A stretch of DNA of 54,975 nt from Limisphaerales bacterium (lineage in GTDB: Bacteria; Verrucomicrobiota; Verrucomicrobiia; Limisphaerales; JAYPEY01): positions 1 to 54,975 of the forward strand of contig JBLHKZ010000003.1 in NCBI GenBank assembly GCA_047618185.1, read 5' to 3'. Made by a program: the position numbers and the translations under genes. Numbering within the stretch: position 1 is the stretch's first letter; the number at the start of each line of letters is the position of its first letter. This document shows, in pieces, positions 18,994-27,550 of the stretch. The notes beneath the pieces are model-generated. The model was not told the origin of the DNA. It did no database searches and saw only the letters and a program-made list of their open reading frames with translations.

Positions 18994-20064
18994 ATGACTG
19001 ATCTCGATTATCCGACGCTTTCCAAATGGATTGGCATCGCCCTTTGCGTTTCGCAATCGGCGATATTCTCCGGCCTGAATCTCGCCCTGTTCGGGATCAG
19101 CCGTTTGAACCTCGAAGTCGAGGTGGCCTCGGGAAATGCCCGCGCCAAGAAGCTCCTGGCCCTGCGCAAGGATTCCAACTTCCTGCTCGCGACGATCCTC
19201 TGGGGCAATGTCGCGGCGAACTGCCTGCTGACGCTCTTGTCCGACTCTGTGCTGGCCGGCATCTCCGCCTTTCTCTTCTCGACCATCGTCATCACCTGTG
19301 TGGGCGAGATCGTGCCGCAGGCCTATTTCTCGCGAAACGCCCTGCGGATGGCGGCAATGCTTTCGCCCGTGCTTCGAATCTACCAGGTTCTGCTCTACGT
19401 TGTCGCCAAGCCCACTGGAGTGATCCTGGACTGGTGGCTCGGAAAGGAAGGTATGGAGTATTACCGCGAGCGCGATCTGCGCGAGGTCATCAAGAAGCAC
19501 GTGGAAGCCGAGGAATCGGATCTCGAACACATCGAAGGCCGCGGCGCGCTGAATTTCATGACGCTCGACGATCTGCCCGCATCCGAAGAGGGCGAACCGG
19601 TCGATCCCGCGAGCGTCGTCAGCCTGCCGGTCAACGTCGATCTGCCGGTTTTTCCGAAGTACGCAAACGACCGCGACGACCCCTTCGTTGTTGAATTACT
19701 GAAGTCCGGGAGGAAATGGGTCATCCTGACGGACCCCGAGGGCGAGCCACAGCTGGTGCTCGACGCCGATGAATTCGCGCGCGATTTGTTGCTCAACCCG
19801 AAGCCGCGATCGCCCTACTCGTTCTGCCATCGGCCCATCGTGGTGGCCAATCCGGACACGGAATTGGGCGATGTGATCAGCAAGCTGAAGATCCAGCCGG
19901 TTTCCGCCGAGGACGACGTGATCGACAACGATATCATCCTGGTCTGGGCCCACAACGAGAAGCGCATCATCACCGGCGCCGATATTCTGGGCCGCCTGAT
20001 GCGGGGAATCGCGAGTCGGGAAAAGAAACGCGAATCGGGGGCCGAGCCGACAAGCTCGGCCTAA
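18994..20064 (+). CDS. CNNM/DUF21 membrane protein with degenerate CBS-like C-terminus
   Basis: SAIFSGLNLALF, LATILWGN and GEIVPQA are DUF21 motifs; the protein ends IITGADILGRL. Confidence 0.85.
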   Translation: MTDLDYPTLSKWIGIALCVSQSAIFSGLNLALFGISRLNLEVEVASGNARAKKLLALRKDSNFLLATILWGNVAANCLLTLLSDSVLAGISAFLFSTIVITCVGEIVPQAYFSRNALRMAAMLSPVLRIYQVLLYVVAKPTGVILDWWLGKEGMEYYRERDLREVIKKHVEAEESDLEHIEGRGALNFMTLDDLPASEEGEPVDPASVVSLPVNVDLPVFPKYANDRDDPFVVELLKSGRKWVILTDPEGEPQLVLDADEFARDLLLNPKPRSPYSFCHRPIVVANPDTELGDVISKLKIQPVSAEDDVIDNDIILVWAHNEKRIITGADILGRLMRGIASREKKRESGAEPTSSA

Positions 20065-20174
20065 GACTCCTTTTTCTTTTTGCCCATGATCATCAACGTC
20101 ACCAACGAGCCCAGCCCGAAACCCAAGGCTGTGGCGACCAGGAGCAGAATGGCAACCCAGCTCACGCCGGGCAT
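20061..20174 (-). CDS. Putative 37-aa single-pass membrane microprotein (too short for the ORF track)
   Basis: ATG 20174 to TAG 20061 encodes MPGVSWVAILLLVATALGFGLGSLVTLMIMGKKKKES, a hydrophobic helix plus basic tail. Confidence 0.5.
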   Translation of the reverse strand: MPGVSWVAILLLVATALGFGLGSLVTLMIMGKKKKES

Positions 20175-20244
20175 TCATTGGAGGGTGGGCCTGACGGTCG
20201 CGTTCTAACGCCTGCGGGCGATGTGTCGCCGATGGCTCTCAACG

Positions 20245-23200
20245 TCATTCACCGCGACCGCAGCACTTCTTGTATTTCTTCCCGCTGCCACAGGGGCACG
20301 GATCGTTGCGCCCGACTTTGGGCCCGGACTGAATCGGCTGTGCTTTTTCGATTTCAGCCGCGGCCTCAGCCACCATATCACTGCCGCGCTGCGGTCCGGC
20401 GCCGCCGAAGGCGTCGACGTCCTCATGTATGGCCTGATTGCCGCGATTGGCAATCCGCAGCCGGAAACGCTCGAGAGCCTCGCGACTGGAATGACCCAGG
20501 AAAACGTTGTGGCAAATCTCGGTCTTGATCGCGACCATCATCTCGTCGAAGACGCGGAATGCCTCGGACTTGAACTCAATCAGAGGATCGCGTTGACCGT
20601 AGGCGCGCAGGCCAATGCTGGTGCGCAGACTGTCGATCTCGTAGAGATGCTCCTGCCATTTCTGGTCGATTGCCGCCAGGATCAGATAGCGCTCGATCGC
20701 CGTGAGCGACTCCGGCTCCTCGACGCTCGCCTTGATCTCGTAGGCTTCTTTGACAGCGTTTGTAATCGCAACGCAGAGGCCGTATTGCGCGGCGTTAAAT
20801 CCGTCGTAGAGAGAATCCGCGGGCGGCTCCTTGTCGCTGGACTCCGCCGCTTTCTCCAGGTCTTCCTCGGGAATGCCGATCGGAAAGGTAAGATTCACCC
20901 AGTCCGCGAGCCCCCGTATGTTCCACTCCTCGGGCTCTTTGTCGCTGTAAGCGAACTCCTCGACCTTCTGCAAGATCACCTCTTCGATGACCTCCATCAG
21001 GCGGTCGTGCACATTGTCGGCGCGGATGATCTCGTTACGAAATTCGTAGACGACGCAACGCTGTTTGTTCATCACGTCGTCGTACTCCAACGTGCGTTTG
21101 CGAATCTGAAAGTTGTGACCCTCCACCCGTTTCTGCGCGGAACCGATCGAGTGATTCAACATCGGGTGCTCGAGCTCCTGGCCTTCTTCGAGGCCGACGC
21201 GCTCCATGATCTTGCCAATTCGGTCCGAGCCAAACAGCCGCATCAAATTATCCTCCAATGAAATGAAGAAGTGCGAAGAGCCGTTGTCGCCCTGACGCGC
21301 ACAGCGGCCGCGCAGCTGCCGGTCAATGCGACGGGAATCATGTCGCTCCGTGCCCAGCACATGCAGCCCGCCGAGTTCCTGAACGCCCTCTGCCAGTTTA
21401 ATGTCCGTGCCGCGCCCGGCCATGTTGGTCGCGATGGTCACCGCACCTTTTTGTCCGGCTCGCGCGACGATCTCAGCTTCTTTCTCATGGAACTTGGCGT
21501 TCAGCACGCTGTGCACGACCCCGGCGCGCTTGAGCATCCGTGAAAGTTGTTCGGAGATTTCAACCGAGATCGTGCCGACCAGAATCGGGCGCCCTTGCTT
21601 GTGGATCTCCCGAATCTCCTCGACCACCGCATTGAACTTTTCGCGACCGGTCTTGTAGACCGTGTCGTTGAAGTCGTCGCGCGCGATGGGCCGATTCGTC
21701 GGGATGACGAGCACCCCGAGTTTATAGATGTCGAGGAATTCCGAGGCCTCGGTTTCGGCCGTGCCGGTCATGCCCGCAAGTTTATGATAGAGGCGGAAAT
21801 AGTTCTGAATGGTGATGGTCGCGAGGGTCTGAGTTTCGCCCTCCAGTTCCACGCCTTCCTTGGATTCCACCGCCATGTGCAATCCGTCGCTCCAACGGCG
21901 GCCCGGCATTTTGCGGCCCGTGTTCTCGTCGACGATGACGACCTTGTTGCCTTCAACAACGTACTGCACGTCTTTCTCATACAGGCAATAGCCCTTCAAC
22001 AGCTGTGACACCACGTGGATGGTCGACGCGCGTTCGTCCGATTTTTCCTGGACCTGGGCTTTCGCTTGGGCGCGCTCGTGGGCATCGAGCCCTTCCTGCT
22101 GATCGATCTCATGAAACTCCGTGGAAATGTCCGGAAGCATGAACGCCTCGGGATCATTGGGATTCATGAAAGCCCGGCCTTTTTCCGTGAGGTCGGCGTC
22201 GTGCGATTTCTCGTCGATCGCGAAATAGAGTTCCTCCTTTTGCGCGTAGAGTTCCTTCTTGGTCTGATCGCCAAGCAGTTGCAGCTCGGCCTTGGTCATC
22301 ATCATCAAGTTGTCCGGATCCTCCAGGATCGACATCAGACGTTGGGATTTGGGCTGACCCTGCTTGACCTTGTAGAGCGCCAGACCGATGTCGTACTTGA
22401 GCAAGTCTTCCTCGTCCCGCTTGCCATCCTCCAACCCTTTGAGCTGCGCGATTCGCTTCTTTGCCTCGTCCAGGTATTGCTCACAATGTTTGCGCTGCTT
22501 GCGGATCAACGCCTCAATCCTGGGTTTTGCCGCGACGTAGCGCTCGTTGTCGCTGTTGGCGACGGCCGGTCCGCTGATGATCAAAGGCGTGCGCGCTTCA
22601 TCGATCAGAATCGAGTCCACCTCGTCAACAATCGCAAAGTAGTGACCGCGCTGCACCTGGTCCTCAGCCCGCATCGCCATGCCGTTGTCGCGGAGGTAGT
22701 CGAAGCCAAATTCGGAGTTCGTGCCGTAGGTAATGTCGCATTCGTACTGCTCGCGCCGGTCGCCGGAACGTTGATTGTTCTGGATGCAACCCACGGTCAG
22801 GCCGAGGTAACGATACACCGCGCCCATCCATTCGCTGTCACGCGCGGCGAGATAGTCGTTCACGGTCACCAGATGCACGCCGCGGCCCGTCAAGGCGTTC
22901 AGATATACCGGCAAAGTGCCGACAAGCGTTTTGCCTTCACCGGTGGCCATTTCCGCAATGCGACCATTGTGAAGCGCCCAGCCGCCAGTCAATTGGACGT
23001 CGTAGGGAATCATTTCCCAACCCAGCGGATGATCGCGAACCATGACGTCCGTCCCGCAAAGCCGCCGGCAGGCGTTCTTCACCACGGCGAACGCGTCGGG
23101 AAGAATTTCATCGAGCCTCTGCTTCAGCTGCTCTTCGTCCTTGATTTCCGAAAGCTCTTTCTGCCAGCTTGCGGTTTTTTCCCGCAAAAAGTCTTCCGAC

Positions 23201-23313
23201 TCCTTTTGGTAGGATTCCTCAATCTCATTGATCTGGAGGAGCATTGGTTCCAACTTCTTGACCTCACGCTCGTTCTTCGAGCCAAAGATTTTATTGATGA
23301 TCGCCTTTATCAT
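20245..23313 (-). CDS. secA: Preprotein translocase ATPase SecA
   Basis: Motifs EMATGEGKT, IVDEVDSILIDEARTPLIISG, ATNMAGRGTDI and the C-terminal GRNDPCPCGSGKKYKKCC. Confidence 0.99.
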   Translation of the reverse strand: MIKAIINKIFGSKNEREVKKLEPMLLQINEIEESYQKESEDFLREKTASWQKELSEIKDEEQLKQRLDEILPDAFAVVKNACRRLCGTDVMVRDHPLGWEMIPYDVQLTGGWALHNGRIAEMATGEGKTLVGTLPVYLNALTGRGVHLVTVNDYLAARDSEWMGAVYRYLGLTVGCIQNNQRSGDRREQYECDITYGTNSEFGFDYLRDNGMAMRAEDQVQRGHYFAIVDEVDSILIDEARTPLIISGPAVANSDNERYVAAKPRIEALIRKQRKHCEQYLDEAKKRIAQLKGLEDGKRDEEDLLKYDIGLALYKVKQGQPKSQRLMSILEDPDNLMMMTKAELQLLGDQTKKELYAQKEELYFAIDEKSHDADLTEKGRAFMNPNDPEAFMLPDISTEFHEIDQQEGLDAHERAQAKAQVQEKSDERASTIHVVSQLLKGYCLYEKDVQYVVEGNKVVIVDENTGRKMPGRRWSDGLHMAVESKEGVELEGETQTLATITIQNYFRLYHKLAGMTGTAETEASEFLDIYKLGVLVIPTNRPIARDDFNDTVYKTGREKFNAVVEEIREIHKQGRPILVGTISVEISEQLSRMLKRAGVVHSVLNAKFHEKEAEIVARAGQKGAVTIATNMAGRGTDIKLAEGVQELGGLHVLGTERHDSRRIDRQLRGRCARQGDNGSSHFFISLEDNLMRLFGSDRIGKIMERVGLEEGQELEHPMLNHSIGSAQKRVEGHNFQIRKRTLEYDDVMNKQRCVVYEFRNEIIRADNVHDRLMEVIEEVILQKVEEFAYSDKEPEEWNIRGLADWVNLTFPIGIPEEDLEKAAESSDKEPPADSLYDGFNAAQYGLCVAITNAVKEAYEIKASVEEPESLTAIERYLILAAIDQKWQEHLYEIDSLRTSIGLRAYGQRDPLIEFKSEAFRVFDEMMVAIKTEICHNVFLGHSSREALERFRLRIANRGNQAIHEDVDAFGGAGPQRGSDMVAEAAAEIEKAQPIQSGPKVGRNDPCPCGSGKKYKKCCGRGE

Positions 23314-23630
23314 TGTGTAGGAATAACTTGCGCTGTCGGCAAAAATTTAAGAACCGGCAACGCTACGCGAAGGCCGTAGGGCCGTCAAAGGGAATTCGGG
23401 GCGGCCCGGCGCTTCGCCAGGACGCGTCCCACACTTGGCCCCTTGGTCGCAATTACTGCTTGCCACGACCATCCCCGAGGCATAGACACAGGCCATGGAA
23501 ACCCCAATCCCCGCAGCCTCTCGACGTTTTCCGATTCCAGGCTGACCGACGGATCGCATGCTCGATTCTCAATTGGGACAAAACCGCGTTCCGTTCGGCG
23601 CGACAATTAAACTGATACACCACATCTAAT

Positions 23631-24377
23631 ATGAGAACGTCAGCATTCCGCCGCTTGGCAACATTTCCTTCATTCGGAGCGCCCGCTTTCGTCGCGGCGT
23701 TGGTTTTCGGCTGTTTGACTTCGACTCTGCCCTCCGCTCATGCCGCGGCGCCGCCCGTTCCGGCAGGCGCGAAGGTATTCGATTTCGAGGCCGACAAGGC
23801 CGGTAAAATGCCCGCGGGATTTACCCCCGCAATTACCGGCTCTGGCGGGCCCATGAAATGGATTACCGCCATCGCGCGGGACGCGCCCTCCGGCGAGAAA
23901 ATGCTCACGCAGCTCAGCTCGGAAAAAATCACCAAGCGCTACCTCCAGGCCATCAATACAGATATTTCAGCGACCGACGTGGACATTTCCGTGAAGTTCA
24001 GGACCATCCGCGGCGAGATGTCGGCCACGGGAGGAATCATCTTTCGCCATCAGGACAACAACAACTACTACGTCATTCGGGCCAGTTCGGGTGAGAGCAA
24101 CGTGGTCGCGTTTAAGACCGAGAACGGCAGACGGGTCAACCTCGGCGTCAAGGGCAGCAGCGCAACCTACGGCGTCCATGCCCGGGTCTCCCACCGGCGT
24201 TGGCACACCCTTCGCGTCATTGCCAAAGGAAGTCTCTTCACGGTGTATCTGAACGACAAGAAACTCTTCGACGTTGAGAACGAAACCTTTATAGGTCCGG
24301 GCAGCATCGGCGTCTGGACCAAATCGGACTCCGTCACCGAGTTCGACGACCTCACCGTGGCCGTCTTGAAGAAGTAG
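23631..24377 (+). CDS. Secreted concanavalin-like / DUF1080 (3-keto-disaccharide hydrolase-like) domain protein
   Basis: Signal peptide ending AHA-A, GGIIFRHQD..YYVIRA, WHTLRV and GSIGVWTKSDSVTEFDDL. Confidence 0.7.
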   Translation: MRTSAFRRLATFPSFGAPAFVAALVFGCLTSTLPSAHAAAPPVPAGAKVFDFEADKAGKMPAGFTPAITGSGGPMKWITAIARDAPSGEKMLTQLSSEKITKRYLQAINTDISATDVDISVKFRTIRGEMSATGGIIFRHQDNNNYYVIRASSGESNVVAFKTENGRRVNLGVKGSSATYGVHARVSHRRWHTLRVIAKGSLFTVYLNDKKLFDVENETFIGPGSIGVWTKSDSVTEFDDLTVAVLKK

Positions 24378-24413
24378 GGCGGAACGGCCGGAGGGCCGCT
24401 TTAGTTCGGATCA

Positions 24414-24450
24414 AATGAGAAGAGGACCGCCTGTGCGGTCCTCTTTCATT
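24414..24450. terminator. Bidirectional intrinsic terminator between convergent genes
   Basis: AAGAGGACCGC-CTGT-GCGGTCCTCTT forms a perfect 11-bp stem. Confidence 0.75.
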
Positions 24451-24479
24451 GATGGAATCGTTCCCGCCCAGGCCCGCTG

Positions 24480-27374
24480 TCACCGCTCAACGATCCGGAA
24501 AAACAGCGATGGCTCGATCCCAATAATCGCGTCGAAGATGTGAACGGCGCCGTCTCCAGACACCGACACTCCAACGTCAGTCCACGGGCCAGCCGCATTC
24601 GGCGACGATTGCAGTTGATAGGTGATGCCTGCGCCCGTGGCAAAACCGAGCGTCAGCTTGCCCAGCGCGGGCGTGAAACCCAACTCCAGCGGAACGGGCG
24701 TCGCCATCCCGGCGCTCGTCAGGAATTCAGACTCATTCAGGATCGTCCAGCCGGCCGCCCAGTTGGCGACGCCAAACGCGCCCACAAAGTTGGCCTGAAC
24801 AAAGAAATCATCGCCCGCCGGGGCGACGCGACTCGGCGCAAATGCCGGGCTGGCCATTGCCGGACGCGGATCCAGCCCGAACACGACGTTGATATCCAGC
24901 CCGCCAAGCATCGGATCGACAATCTGATTGGCCTTGCTCATATCCGTAAAGAACACAAGCGCGTCCGCCGAGGCAATGTCCGTCGCCGTGGATCCGGCGC
25001 CGAAATCGAAGAAGATGTTGCCCGCAATGTCGAGATCGCCCGCCGCCACGCGGGCCGCGGCATTGCTGTCCACACGAACCGCCTGATCGCCAAAGCCGGT
25101 GAAGATCGAGTTGTAGTATTTGCCCCCGGCGTTCTCCCGCATCCGCAGGGCGTCGCCACCCGTGCCCGCGCCCGAGCCAGGCCCGACATACGTCACGTTG
25201 TAAATCGTCGGATTGCTGAAGGGCGTCTTTGTGAAATCATCCACGTCGCCATCGTGCTCGCCTCCGTTGTCCATCGCGTTGTCGCCAATCGTAAACCAAA
25301 ACTGCCCCTTACCGCGCCAGCCCTGGTCGTAGTCGAACGAATCGTCTCCACAGAACGTCACGACCGCATACTTCACACCGACCGTCCCGCCGAAGAACTC
25401 AACGCCATCATCGAGGTTGGCGTAGACTTCGATGAACTCCACCGTCGTCCCTCGGCCCACGCCGCCGAGCGTCAGGCCGTTGATCTCGTTGTTGGAGCCG
25501 ATCGAAACGCCTCCGTGCCGGATCGACACGTAGCGGATCACGCCCGAGTTGTCGTTGTCGTCGCTTCCTCCGAACTGACCACGAGGCTCGCTGGTCGGGA
25601 TTCCCTCGATGTTGTCCATGATCGGACTGCCGGCCGCGGCGGGGCTGTTGAGCGTCGCCGCTCCGAGGACGATCAAGCCTCCCCAACGCCCGCGATCCGT
25701 CGGTCCCAGGTCAAAGGGGTCGCCCATGTCATCGGCCTCCGCCGTGAAGATGATGGGATCGGCGGCTGTGCCTTCGGCAAATATCTTTCCGCCCCGGGCG
25801 ACAACCAATGCCGAGGCGTTCTCATTGCTGCCTGGCTTGCCCTTGATCACCACACCCGGCTCGATCGTCAGCGTTTCGCCCGCCTCCACGAACACGCGCC
25901 CCTCCAGGAGGTAAGTGTTGCCCTTGCGCCACACCGCGTTGCCCTGAATGTCATTGGCCCCGCCGTCAATCACCGTGATTGTCTGACCCTGCGCCAACGC
26001 GTAGTTCGGCTCCGCCGCTCCCGCCTCGCTGATCAGGTCCGTCGCCCCCATGATCGTCCAGGCCGACGCCCAGTTGACCGTCCCGTCAAAGGCGCCCTTG
26101 AAGCTCACGTCGTTGAAGAACCCATCGCCCGGCTCGTCCAGTCCGGCCATTAGCGCCGGGCTGCCGCCCTGCAGTCGGGGATCGAATGCATCCGCCGCGT
26201 CGAAGATCCGCCCGATGCCCATCAACATCGGATCGCTGATCGCATTGCCTTTGGCCATGTCCGTGAAGAACACCTGCGCGTCGGTCGACGCGATATCCGC
26301 CGCGGTCGATCCGGCGCCGAAATCGAAGAAGAGGCTCTGCTGGATGTCCAGGTCGCCGGCGGTGACCCGCGCCCCGGCGTTGCTGTCGACTCGAACCGCC
26401 TGATCGCCAAAGCCGGTGAAAATCGAGTTGTAGTATTTGCCCGCGGCGTTCTCCCGCATCCGCAGAGCGTCTCCGCCCGTCCCGGCTCCCGAGCCGGGAC
26501 CGATGTAGGTCACGTTGTAAATCAGCGGATTGCTCAACGGCAGTTTCGTGAAGTCGTCCACATCGCCGTCATGTTCGCCGCCGTTGTCCATCGCGTTATC
26601 GCCAATCGTCAGCCAGAACTGGCCCTTTCCACGCCAGCCCTGATCGTAGTCAAAGCTGTCGTCTCCGCAGTAGCTCACCACAGCGTGCTTCACGCCGACC
26701 GTCCCGCCGAAGAACTCAACGCCATCATCCAGGTTGGCGTAGACTTCAACGAACTCCACGGTCGTCCCTCGGCCCACGCCGCCGAGCGTCAGGCCGTTGA
26801 TCTCGTTGTTGGAGCCGATCGAAACGCCTCCGTGCCGGATCGACACGTAGCGGATCACGCCCGAGTTGTCGTTGTCGTCGCTTCCTCCGAACTGACCACG
26901 AGGCTCGCTGGTCGGGATTCCCTCGATGTTGTCCATGATCGGACTGCCGGCCGCGGCGGGGCTGTTGAGCGTCGCCGCTCCGAGGACGATCAAGCCTCCC
27001 CAACGCCCGCGATCCGTCGGTCCCAGGTCAAAGGGGTCGCCCATGTCATCGGCCTCCGCCGTGAAGATGATGGGATCGGCGGCTGTGCCTTCGGCAAATA
27101 TCTTTCCGCCCCGGGCGACAACCAATGCCGAGGCGTTCTCATTGCTGCCTGGCTTGCCCTTGATCACCACACCCGGCTCGATCGTCAGCGTTTCGCCCGC
27201 TTCCACGAACACGCGCCCCTCGAGTAGATAGACATTGTCGGAGGTCCAGGTCGTATTGCCGACGATGTCATTGACGCCGCCGTCGGAGACGGCAATGTCC
27301 GCGGCCGCCGCGACAGAAACAGTAAGCGACATTGCGAAGAGGCAGGAGATACGTTTGCGGATTTCAGTGATCAT
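24480..27374 (-). CDS. Secreted protein with two tandem ~439-aa Asp/Gly-rich (beta-helix-like) modules and a short C-terminal domain
   Basis: Signal peptide; duplicated module (LTIEPGVVIKG, WGGLIVLG, SGVIRYVSIRHGG, EINGLTLGGVG, DDGVEFFGGTV, GDDSFDYDQG); tail YQLQSS..W...FFRIVER. Confidence 0.85.
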   Translation of the reverse strand: MITEIRKRISCLFAMSLTVSVAAAADIAVSDGGVNDIVGNTTWTSDNVYLLEGRVFVEAGETLTIEPGVVIKGKPGSNENASALVVARGGKIFAEGTAADPIIFTAEADDMGDPFDLGPTDRGRWGGLIVLGAATLNSPAAAGSPIMDNIEGIPTSEPRGQFGGSDDNDNSGVIRYVSIRHGGVSIGSNNEINGLTLGGVGRGTTVEFVEVYANLDDGVEFFGGTVGVKHAVVSYCGDDSFDYDQGWRGKGQFWLTIGDNAMDNGGEHDGDVDDFTKLPLSNPLIYNVTYIGPGSGAGTGGDALRMRENAAGKYYNSIFTGFGDQAVRVDSNAGARVTAGDLDIQQSLFFDFGAGSTAADIASTDAQVFFTDMAKGNAISDPMLMGIGRIFDAADAFDPRLQGGSPALMAGLDEPGDGFFNDVSFKGAFDGTVNWASAWTIMGATDLISEAGAAEPNYALAQGQTITVIDGGANDIQGNAVWRKGNTYLLEGRVFVEAGETLTIEPGVVIKGKPGSNENASALVVARGGKIFAEGTAADPIIFTAEADDMGDPFDLGPTDRGRWGGLIVLGAATLNSPAAAGSPIMDNIEGIPTSEPRGQFGGSDDNDNSGVIRYVSIRHGGVSIGSNNEINGLTLGGVGRGTTVEFIEVYANLDDGVEFFGGTVGVKYAVVTFCGDDSFDYDQGWRGKGQFWFTIGDNAMDNGGEHDGDVDDFTKTPFSNPTIYNVTYVGPGSGAGTGGDALRMRENAGGKYYNSIFTGFGDQAVRVDSNAAARVAAGDLDIAGNIFFDFGAGSTATDIASADALVFFTDMSKANQIVDPMLGGLDINVVFGLDPRPAMASPAFAPSRVAPAGDDFFVQANFVGAFGVANWAAGWTILNESEFLTSAGMATPVPLELGFTPALGKLTLGFATGAGITYQLQSSPNAAGPWTDVGVSVSGDGAVHIFDAIIGIEPSLFFRIVER
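25444..27200. repeat. Intragenic direct repeat: 25444-25883 is identical to 26761-27200 (440 bp, offset 1317 bp)
   Basis: Line-by-line comparison found no mismatch in this block. Flanking parts of the two modules carry many synonymous differences. Confidence 0.92.
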
Positions 27375-27425
27375 GTTCTTTGTTTCGTTCGTTTGTTGTC
27401 GAATACCGAAAAGACTAAAACAACC

Positions 27426-27469
27426 GAAGGTTACACCAGAGCGTCGGGCTTGTTACGCTTTGGTGAACT
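27426..27469 (-). promoter_or_regulatory. Pho-box-like 11-bp register repeats upstream of the tandem-module gene
   Basis: Minus strand: agTTCACcaaa gcGTAACaagc (one degenerate unit) gtGTAACcttc. Confidence 0.45.
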
Positions 27470-27550
27470 ACTGGATGGCTGCGCAACCGAAAGGGAGATT
27501 GCTGGTTCAACTTCTGTCCAAATTCGTCCGGGAAGGGTCCGCGGGCTCGA

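Noticed and set aside
22200-22560. Large insertion in the SecA preprotein-binding region
   Set aside because: No intein motifs. It resembles the helical insertion I recall as common in PVC/FCB SecA proteins.
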